Made by a program: the position numbers and the translations under genes
Assembly: GCA_000388065.2 (NCBI GenBank)
Contig: KB932212.1
From: Fonticula alba ATCC 38817
Taxonomy: Eukaryota > Protista > Nucleariida
Reading direction: 5' to 3' (one strand)
Length of the DNA stretch: 15,796 bases
The notes under the pieces: model-generated
What the model was told of the DNA's origin: nothing
Databases searched by the model: none
What the model saw: only the letters and a program-made list of their open reading frames with translations
In this document: in pieces, positions 1 through 8,809 of the stretch
Layout of the letters: every line of letters begins with the position of its first letter
How positions within the stretch are numbered: the stretch's first letter is position 1

Positions 1-576
1 CCGATGAGCGGGGTGTCCAGTGCGGAGCCGGTGCCCTCATCGCCGAAGTCGCTGTCGAAGATCTTCTTCTTCTTGGAGTTGATGGCCGAGAAGTGGTGCA
101 GGATCTGCCCGTGCATGGCGACCGAGGCGTTGTCGGCATGCTTGTCCACCGACAGGGTGCCCCCCCCAGCGAGGGGGACCGTCTCGACCGAGTGGTCATC
201 CGAAGAGTGGCCGCCCTCCAGCTGCGAGGAGGACGTGTCGATCGAGGACAGCGAGTCGAGCGACATGCCGACCGGGGGAAGCTGATTCGGTTGGCGCGCG
301 CGCGCAAAAAGAGGGGGGGGGCGCGCGCGTCAGTGGCCGGAGCCGCCCTCAAGAGGAGAGCAGGGGATGGGCGAGGTCGATGCGCACCGTCTTGGGCGTG
401 GGGCCGGCGCCGGCGTCGGCGTACAGCGGCGCGTCGTTGAGCTTGGCCGACGAGTAGGCCGACACAAGGCTCTGGGAGGAGGGCGAGGTCTCCAGATAGT
501 CGGGGCTCTCCTCGGAGGAGGCCGGCTGACCAAGGTCAGGGATGGGGATGGCGGTGGCGGTGGCGGTGGTGCTCAT
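1..576 (-). CDS. N-terminal part of an unknown protein (exons 576-388 and 281-<1; continues beyond the left edge)
   Basis: ATG at 576. Exon 1 MSTTATATAIPIPDLGQPASSEESPDY...GPTPKT ends at a GTGCGC donor (387). The 106-nt intron has a CTGAC branch and ends TCAG at 282. Exon 2 is open to the edge (LPPVGMSLDSLSSIDT...HFSAINSKKKKIFDSDFGDEGTGSALDTPLIG) with GC3-rich codons. The plus-strand ORF 4..285 is its antisense shadow. Confidence 0.65.
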
Positions 577-1481
577 TTGCTCGGGAGAGGGGGGGAGCAG
601 GCGGCAGGGAGCAGGGGAGGGTGATGTGTGCGTGTGCGTGTGTGTGTGTGGGGGGGGGGTGCTCAGGAGGGAGGGGAGGAAGTTTTCGTCTTTCGGTCTC
701 CCTCCCTCGAGTGCGGCCCGGCCAATGTAACGGGGAGGCAGGCAGAGACACAGGTGGGGAGGGGAAAGAGGTGGAGTATGTGCGTGTGTGCGTGCGTGCG
801 TGCGTGTGTGCGGAGTAGAGCGGAGTGGTGGTGGGGGGAGGGGGTGAGGGGAAGAGGGGCGGTATGCGTGAAGGTGAACGAGCTGCTCGGCCGGCGGGTC
901 CCTACTCTTTAATCGGATGTCGGCCGGGGGGGGGGGGGGGGGGGGGATCTGCCGCCATGGCCGACTGCCGCGGCAGGGCCGGCTGAGGGCAGGGGAAGCG
1001 TGATCGCCACCCGATGCCAGGAGGGACGGCAATGGGGGGGGAGGGCGGGGGGGCGCGGCAGGTCGCCGGGAATGAGCAAGGACTGGCCGGATCCCGCCCA
1101 GGTCCACCGGCCGGTGTGTGCCGTGCGTCTTGCGCGAAAGGGCGGGGTGGGGGTGGAATGTGTCGGATCGCCTTTGCTCCTGCCGGGGGCTCTCTCTCTC
1201 TCTCTCGCGGCAGGGATGCCCGCGGCCGGTGGGAGCACACGCCATGTAAGCGTGCGATTGCTTATTCGTCTGCAAAGGTGTATATCTAAGAGCGTGGCCG
1301 GGGGGTGATCACAGAATGCAGGGAGCCGGGGGGGGGGGTGGACATGCCAGAGGGCCGGATCGCAGCTCTGCGGCGGCTCCGAGACGCGTCGCATCCGCAG
1401 GCAGCCAGGTCCCCTGAGCAAGCGCCCCGCCAGAGCGCCCGCCGGCCCGCGTTCTCCCATCCACACCGAGGCCGGGCGAGG

Positions 1482-2341
1482 NNNNNNNNNNNNNNNNNNN
1501 NNNNNNNNNNNNNNNNNNNNNNNNNNNNNNNNNNNNNNNNNNNNNNNNNNNNNNNNNNNNNNNNNNNNNNNNNNNNNNNNNNNNNNNNNNNNNNNNNNNN
1601 NNNNNNNNNNNNNNNNNNNNNNNNNNNNNNNNNNNNNNNNNNNNNNNNNNNNNNNNNNNNNNNNNNNNNNNNNNNNNNNNNNNNNNNNNNNNNNNNNNNN
1701 NNNNNNNNNNNNNNNNNNNNNNNNNNNNNNNNNNNNNNNNNNNNNNNNNNNNNNNNNNNNNNNNNNNNNNNNNNNNNNNNNNNNNNNNNNNNNNNNNNNN
1801 NNNNNNNNNNNNNNNNNNNNNNNNNNNNNNNNNNNNNNNNNNNNNNNNNNNNNNNNNNNNNNNNNNNNNNNNNNNNNNNNNNNNNNNNNNNNNNNNNNNN
1901 NNNNNNNNNNNNNNNNNNNNNNNNNNNNNNNNNNNNNNNNNNNNNNNNNNNNNNNNNNNNNNNNNNNNNNNNNNNNNNNNNNNNNNNNNNNNNNNNNNNN
2001 NNNNNNNNNNNNNNNNNNNNNNNNNNNNNNNNNNNNNNNNNNNNNNNNNNNNNNNNNNNNNNNNNNNNNNNNNNNNNNNNNNNNNNNNNNNNNNNNNNNN
2101 NNNNNNNNNNNNNNNNNNNNNNNNNNNNNNNNNNNNNNNNNNNNNNNNNNNNNNNNNNNNNNNNNNNNNNNNNNNNNNNNNNNNNNNNNNNNNNNNNNNN
2201 NNNNNNNNNNNNNNNNNNNNNNNNNNNNNNNNNNNNNNNNNNNNNNNNNNNNNNNNNNNNNNNNNNNNNNNNNNNNNNNNNNNNNNNNNNNNNNNNNNNN
2301 NNNNNNNNNNNNNNNNNNNNNNNNNNNNNNNNNNNNNNNNN
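1482..2341. other. Assembly gap (N-run)
   Basis: Continuous Ns; G/C-rich flanks. Confidence 0.99.
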
Positions 2342-4501
2342 CCCCCCCGCCCCCCCGCCCCCCACCTCGCCCACCACCGATAAGCACGCCACGGAGCAAC
2401 ACGCGCACAGGCTCCGCGGCGAAAGCCGGGCCGATCAACGTGTGCACATGTTTGCCCCGGTCAGGACGCCCGCGAGGCCCCCCTGCGGCACATGGGGACG
2501 GGGCCGCGGCGCGCACGGGGAGACCGGCCGCGGCGCCTCCGGTCCGACCAGAGTGCCCACACGCATATGGCGGCCGCGGCGCTGGCCCCCGGCCCTTGCC
2601 CGGGGAACGGGGGGCGTGCGCAGCCACCAGGATGCAGAGCCGCCCCTCGCCACGGGCAGAGGCGGCGACACGTTTGATGTCAGTAGCCTCGCGGGCCCCA
2701 GGCCCGGGGGGGGGGGGCGGGGGGGCCGGGAGCATATGGTGGGGCCGCCGGCATGCCTTGCCAGAGGGTCCGCACCGGCACCGGCTGGCATGTGGCGGTT
2801 TGGCCGCGGCGCCCCCACTGCCCCCCCGCGCGGCTGTGGACCTTAAAAAAAATGCCAGGCCCGAGGGCCGCCGCCAGGCATATGGTTCTCGGGGTGAGTT
2901 GGGCACGCGCGCGCGCGTACCGGTGCGCCTGGCACTCGGCACCAGGCACCATGGGCGGCCTGGTAGGCGCACACCGGGTCTCTGCGCCCTCTGGCGAGGG
3001 GCGCCTGCCGGGCCCCGCCGAGAAAGACCAGGCACCCCCATGCGGAGACCGGCCCCAGGCCACGCCCCTGCCCGGCCCCCGCCCCCCCCGCCCCTCGACA
3101 GCAGCCCACACGAGTGGGGGGAAACGTGCAACCGCCCGATGGCTGCCCTGGGCCCGCTACGACGCATGACCCACGCCGACACCATCTGCTAGGCGCCGCC
3201 GGCGCCAGATGATTCGCGCCGCCAACTGGCACATGTTGTTTATCAGGCAACTTCCGCGCCGCCGGTCATTCGGCGGGGCGTACAGGGCGAGAGGTGGCAA
3301 GACAAGCCGGACAGGGCGCGTCCGCCGGTGGCGGGCATCAGCTGTTGATTTGGGGGTGCCCCGCCGGCCCCCGCCCCCGCCCCCCGGCGCACACCATGCC
3401 GGCCCGGCGATCGCACGCACAACGCCGGGCCGGGGACGAGCCACAAGCCGCTGCTCCTGAAACAGGTAAATATCAGGCAATGGAGCGGGCTATCCCCGCC
3501 CCCCGCCCGTGCGGTGCTGACGCACGCGTTGCCGCCGCCGGTGCCTGGCCGCGAGGCCCGGACATGAGCTGATGTGCATCAGGCCATCCCCGCACCCGGG
3601 CATACGGCCCCCCCCCCCCCCCCCGGCTCGAGGGCGCCCGGAGACGCGCGGTGACAGCCGCGGCACAGGGGGTTGTGGTCGGACGCAGGTCCCTGCCCTT
3701 GTGCCTCCCCCTCGGGCCGATTCGCCAGCAATGGGTCTCTATTATTATTCTTGTCTATTTGGGAGAGGTGCACTCTCTTTTGCACATATGCCGGAGTAAT
3801 TCTCCGGGCGCTGGGCTCGGGCCAGGGGCCGGCCCCGGGGCTTCTCAGCCCACATCCGGCCAAGAAGAAGAAGACGGCCCAACGGGTGGGCATTGGTCGC
3901 GGCGCGCCCCCCCCCCCCCGACCACTGGCCGAGCCCCATCAGGCCACCCTTCCTTGCGGCGGGGCTTCTGCCGTTTCCCAGGCAGGGCAAGCCGGTGCCA
4001 TAGGCCGAGAAGCCACGCAAGGGGCACCCCCGGGGCTGGCGCTTGCTCCCTGGAGGGGCGGGGGACCCCATCTCCCAACCCTCCCCCTGCGGCATCTGGC
4101 ACAGATGGAAGGGGACCAGTCTCGGCTGCTGCCCCGCCGCCGGGCCCTTTTCCGCGGGGGGGGGGGAGAGCGGGGGAGGGGCGGACGGCGGGGCGCGCCG
4201 AGCACACCACCTAGCCCCGGCCGGTTGGTTGGCAAGTGGCCTTTCCTTCGTCGCCCCCCCCCCCCCCGCCGGGGGGGGATGGCAGCGGGGCGGGACGACC
4301 CGCACCCGAGCACGACCCGCAGCGGCGGGCGGCAATTGTCGCGAAGACCCCGCGGCGGCCCAGGCGCGTCGGCGCGCGCGTCGGGGCCGGTGACCGCACC
4401 CGCTTTGTTTGTCAGCTTCATCTTTCATGGGCTTACACACACGCAGAGACACACGTGCACCGCATGACGGGCTGACCGTGAGTCCCTGCCCCCGGGGGGG
4501 G

Positions 4502-4726
4502 NNNNNNNNNNNNNNNNNNNNNNNNNNNNNNNNNNNNNNNNNNNNNNNNNNNNNNNNNNNNNNNNNNNNNNNNNNNNNNNNNNNNNNNNNNNNNNNNNNN
4601 NNNNNNNNNNNNNNNNNNNNNNNNNNNNNNNNNNNNNNNNNNNNNNNNNNNNNNNNNNNNNNNNNNNNNNNNNNNNNNNNNNNNNNNNNNNNNNNNNNNN
4701 NNNNNNNNNNNNNNNNNNNNNNNNNN
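4502..4726. other. Assembly gap (N-run) flanked by poly-G/poly-C runs
   Basis: Continuous Ns; 4727-4851 consists mostly of G and C homopolymers. Confidence 0.99.
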
Positions 4727-5035
4727 GAGGGGCCCCCCCCCCCCCGCGACCACGCACCGATTGACGGGGGTGGCCCGGGGGGGGGGGGCGCCCCCCCCCC
4801 CCCCCCCCCCCCAAAAGGGGGCCCGGGGGCCCCCCCCCCCCCCCCCCCCCCGCCACGCCAGCCCATCCTAATCAAGGAGCCCGCAGGGCTGCGAGCGGTC
4901 ACCGTCCTCCGGTCGTAGGCCAGGCGCTGTTCCTCTCCAGGAGAGCGTTTGACCGGCGCCAGCGGCCCACAAGCACGCATGGACACCCACATATGCGTGC
5001 TTGCACATAGGGGGATCCCGCCCAGCTGAGGAGTG

Positions 5036-5036
<1 letters not shown>

Positions 5037-5066
<30 letters not shown>
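5037..5066. repeat. (CA)15 microsatellite; reads (UG)15 in the 3' UTR of the Gemin8-like gene
   Basis: Counted directly; begins 33 nt after the TAG at 5101-5099 on the minus strand. Confidence 0.97.
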
Positions 5067-5071
<5 letters not shown>

Positions 5072-5098
5072 AAGGACAGAAAGACACGAAGATTGTCC

Positions 5099-5952
5099 CT
5101 ATTCCAGCTCCAGCTGCGGCCAAGTGCACACCGCCCGGCCGCGGTGCTCGTCGAAGGCCGCGTCCAGTCGGGACTCCAAGTGGGAGATCCGCTCGGCCAG
5201 CGGCAAGTCCCCTCCACCGGGGGGAGGGGCAGCATCCCCGGCGAGGGGTCCGACATCTGCGGACTCGAGCCACGCCCGCCGCCGGCCGTGCCGGGCCTCG
5301 GCCAACTGCCGGACATGCTGCTGCTGCTGGCGCTCGGCACGGCGCGCCTCGGTCGCCGCGGACCGGGCCTTCTTAGCGCTCTCTGCTCGCATGCGCACGC
5401 ACGCACGCACGCACGCGCGCACGCGTACACGCCAGCCAGGCAAGTGACGATCGGCGAGAAAGCCCCCACCGCCGCCCCGCAAAGGACGAGAACGCACCAG
5501 CGTGCAAGGTCAGCAACACGCAGCACGGCGCAAACATCAGCAGAGGCAGCTCACGTACTGGAAAGGCGGTTGGCTTCGGATCGCTGGAGGAATGCCACTG
5601 CCGAGGGAGTCAGCTCAATGGCAAAGGACCCATCCTCGTCGGATGCCCCCTCGTCCGGCGCGTTCCCGACGGACAGGTCTCCCGATGGCCAAGCCGGCTT
5701 GGGGGACGTCGTGGCCACACTCGATGGACGGCCGGCCGGCGGCGAGGACGCGCCCGTCCCGCGCGACACTTGCGCATCTGGGTAGGCTACCCCATGCCAG
5801 GATCGCGCGTTCGACACGGCCACCCCGTGTGGAGCCCACACAGCTGGCGCATGTGCCCACTGCGGTGCACCCGTGCCCCCTCGCTGCCAGGGGAGGCACC
5901 GCTGCCCCTGTGGTCGGCGGTGGAAGTTGGCCAAGAAAAAAACGTGGCTCAT
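5099..5952 (-). CDS. GEMIN8: Gemin8-like SMN-complex subunit (exons 5952?-5559 and 5382-5099, about 225 aa; start codon uncertain)
   Basis: A phase-1 intron at 5558-5383 (GTACGT...GCAG) joins DEDGSFAIELTPSAVAFLQRSEANRLS to KSAKKARS...HVRQLAEARHG...LAERISHLESRLDAAFDEHRGRAVCTWPQLELE*. This follows the Gemin8 pattern as I recall it from the human protein: acidic patch + MEITEELRQYFAETERHR...EMKRLYG...[34 protein letters not shown]. The first ~15 codons could instead be an intron 3' end (CTGAC, T-run, CACAG). Confidence 0.75.
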
Positions 5953-5989
5953 GGTCAGCCGGCGGGACGAGACGCGTGAGGGAGGATAC

Positions 5990-6068
5990 GGCGGCAGCGG
6001 CGGCGGCGGAGGAGGAGGAGGAGGAGGAGGGCGAGGGGGAGGGGGAGGGGGAGGGGGAGGGGGGAGGG
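5990..6068. repeat. GGC/GGA/GGGGGA simple-repeat tract (polypyrimidine on minus) upstream of the Gemin8-like ATG
   Basis: Direct reading of 5990-6068. Confidence 0.9.
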
Positions 6069-6395
6069 CGTGTGTCGTTGTTTCGGTGCTGCACCACCCG
6101 GCCGGGTGGAGACGCGCACCCCGGCCGCACGCCCAAAAAAAGGCGCCCCGGGCAGGGTGCAATGGCTCGGCCCCAGCGTATGTGCCAGCGCACGCATGTG
6201 CCACCGGGGGCGTGATCCCGCGCATGGCGCACATTAGCTCTCCAGATCGGTTTCGCACGGAGGCCACCACCAGATGTTCTGGTTTCCGAGCGTTCTGGTC
6301 CCGCAGGCAGGGAGCCCCCCGCCCCGCGTACAGCGAAAGGGGTGCTGCTGCTTTGGATCCGGGGGCGCGGAGGTCTCCACGCTCGGGCATGCGCT

Positions 6396-6416
6396 TGCGT
6401 ACGTGCGTGCGTGCGT

Positions 6417-6456
<40 letters not shown>
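6396..6456. repeat. Compound (GTGC)n-(GT)n microsatellite; 61 nt of uninterrupted purine/pyrimidine alternation
   Basis: Direct reading; lies between the divergent Gemin8-like and porin-like genes. Confidence 0.95.
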
Positions 6457-6459
<3 letters not shown>

Positions 6460-6774
6460 TCCGGGTCCCTTGAAAGCTCAGGTCAATCGGACACACAGAT
6501 CTTGCTTTGGCCCGGACACCGGGGTGTGCGCACCCGCCAGGACCGATGCCTCGGTCGGCCAGGCAGGGCCTCGGTCCTCTCGCGCCCCGGGAGACACGAA
6601 GGGCGCGATCTCGGCGGGCTTTCTTTTCAGCCGCCCCGGGTGCCCAGCCCCCGGCCTCCGTCATCCTCCTTCCTTCCCCTCCCTCCCTCCCTCCTCGGCC
6701 CATGCCGGTCACTCGTCACCTTTGCCCGCCTGGTTTGCCAAAGCCCGCTTGATCCCTCTCTCTCTCTCTCTCCC

Positions 6775-6775
<1 letters not shown>

Positions 6776-6831
<56 letters not shown>

Positions 6832-6853
6832 NNNNNNNNNNNNNNNNNNNNNN

Positions 6854-6895
<42 letters not shown>
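6776..6895. repeat. Poly-C homopolymer (56 C + 22 N + 42 C)
   Basis: Direct count; internal gap 6832-6853, so the true length is unknown. Confidence 0.95.
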
Positions 6896-6944
6896 ATTCG
6901 CCGAGTAAGCCTCCCCTCTTCGCCGTCACTTAACTCTCAGCGTC

Positions 6945-7688
6945 ATGGGCGCCGCCGCCTCCCGACGCTCGGCCAAGGCCCTTGACTTGGAGGATCTCAT
7001 CCAGAGCCCCGAATGGGCCGGTGCGCGATAGCATGACTGTGCTTGCCTTTCTTCCCCCTTCCTCTTCTTCCTCTCCTTTCTCACCACCTCCTGCTTGCGC
7101 CCCCCAGTGCGCATGGCCTCCGACACGCACCAGCGCACCACCCCCGACCGGCCAACCACGCAGCCCTTCCTCGGAGAGCCACTGCGCCCGGGGTGGCCAC
7201 GCAACGCCGGGCACAGCCTCTTCCCGGCGCAGCCGCACCTGTTGCTGCCGGGCCCGGCCTTCTTGCGCCCGGTACAGGGGTCCTTCGCGCTGAACCTGGC
7301 CGATGACATCGAGGGCACCCCGTACCACTATTACTTGGGATCCTTCCTGCCGGGCGGGGCGCACTGGGCCAGTGTCCGGTACAGCGTCGGCTGGCAGCGA
7401 CACAGCCTGGCCCTGGGGACGCATGCCCTGGCCGGGCAGCTGCGTCTGCAAGACGACCGGGCGGTCTTTTCCTTTGGCGACGTGGTCCGCCGGCCGTTGA
7501 CCCTGGAGTGCTGGGCCACGACCGACATGCGCCCGGCGCTGGACCTCCTGGCCCACCTGGGCGCCGTGGGCCTGGACCGGTATCCGGGCTGGCGCCAGGG
7601 AACCGAGGGGGCCGTGTCGCGCTTTGTGGTCCCCTGCGAGGCGGGCATCAGCCTGACCTTGTCGACCGTCGGCGACGGGGCCAGCCCC

Positions 7689-7727
<39 letters not shown>

Positions 7728-8585
7728 AGTGGGACCGGCTCCGGCGGCCGGCGATCGGCCAACGCGGCCGGGCACCCTGCCGGAGCCGCGACCATCACCG
7801 TGCCCACCCTGGCCCAGCTCCGGGCCGCGTGGGACCGCATGGCCTCCACCACCCGGGTGGCCCTCTACACGGGCCAGCGCCTGGAGCCGATCAAGCGCAA
7901 GCGTCGGGTCGAGCCCCTGCGCCTGTCGCTGACTTTGTCACACGCCATCCACCCCTCGGAGGCGGTGACCCTCCTCGGGCAGGTGACCCTCGGGGGGCGC
8001 TTTGCCTCGCCCTACCATGTGCAGGCGGCCGACCCGGATCCGGCGGCCCTGGGCGGCGGGCCGCGCCTGGTCCGGGTGGCCACCGGCTACGAGCCCAATG
8101 GCGCATATGACATTCCCCCGCGCACGGCCGTCACCCTGGTCGGGGCCCTCGGGTGCCGGGTGTTCCTGCTGCCCTGGCTGTCGCTCAGCATGGCGGCCGA
8201 CACGCGCGCCCACCGGAAGGCGGTGCTGTCGTGGCGCGACGCGCCGGCCGGCGGGTCGGCCCACCTGGTTCTCAGCTCGGTGCCCCTGGTGCAGGGCCAC
8301 TCGCGTTTGCTGGCCGGCAGCCTGACTTACGAGGTGGAGAAGACCCTGCCCCTGAGTGGGGCCCTGCGGAGTCTGGTGGGGGAGACATCGGTCCCGGTTC
8401 GGGCCCGTGTGCGTGTGGACTCCGACCAGCGCATTGGCATTGCCCTTGAGACGTCGCTCTCCACGGCCCGGCGTGGGCCCTTCAACTCCTCGGCCAGCCG
8501 CCTGGTGGCGGGCTTCCGGTATGTGTATGCCCGGCACACTGGCCAGTCGCGTCTTGGCGTGGCTCTGCATCTGGGCGATCGGTGA
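6945..8585 (+). CDS. Divergent mitochondrial outer-membrane beta-barrel of the eukaryotic porin superfamily (Tom40/Mdm10/VDAC-like), 517 aa; exons 6945-7020 and 7108-8585
   Basis: The gene structure is well supported: a phase-1 intron at 7021-7107 (GTGCGC...pyrimidine tract...CCAG) and 1554 nt in frame. The protein starts MGAAAS (MGxxxS). It has many short amphipathic strand-like segments. The motif RARVRVDSDQRIGIALETSL resembles, from memory, Tom40 KGSVDSNWIVGATLEKKL and fungal Mdm10 KARVDQNWxIGxLWEG. The C-terminus RLGVALHL-GDR* fits the beta-signal Po-Hy-G-Hy-x-Hy-x-Hy. Confidence 0.7.
7689..7727 (+). repeat. GGT(GGC)12 trinucleotide repeat encoding poly-Gly13 within the beta-barrel CDS
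   Basis: Direct count; in frame with ORF 7095..8585. Confidence 0.95.
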
Positions 8586-8809
8586 TGGTGCTCCGGTGCA
8601 GGAGGGGGGGGGGGGGCGGGCGGCGGGCCGCATGGTGAAGCGGGAGGGAAATACAGCAACACATGAGCACAAGGCCGAGGAGGGCCAGCGCACTGCCGGA
8701 GGGGATGGGCCGGGCGGGCGAGGCAAGGAAAAGGGGGGAGGGGGGGGGGGCGCGGGAGTATATTTCGCATGGGTACAGGGACAGCCCGGTGGGAGTTGCC
8801 GGCCCATGA

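Noticed and set aside
1246-1277. GTAAGC...AAG 32-nt micro-intron-like word
   Set aside because: No clear branch point and no surrounding gene context.
909-3185. Very long ORFs (758, 513, 368 aa) running through the N-gap
   Set aside because: They stay open only because Ns and high GC remove stop codons. The translations are Pro/Arg/Gly-rich with no protein-like composition.
4727-4851. Inverted poly-G/poly-C arrangement resembling a large hairpin or terminal inverted repeat
   Set aside because: Adjacent to a gap and made of homopolymers, so probably low-quality sequence. No transposase or target-site duplication seen.
3745-5526. 593-aa minus-strand ORF
   Set aside because: It translates intron, UTR, a (TG)n repeat and a gap. 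The real Gemin8-like exon is in a different frame.
5953-6390. Upstream extension of the Gemin8-like ORF from the ATG at 6390
   Set aside because: It reads through simple repeats (poly-Pro from the GGA/GGGGGA tract) and promoter-like sequence. It cannot be excluded but is not supported.
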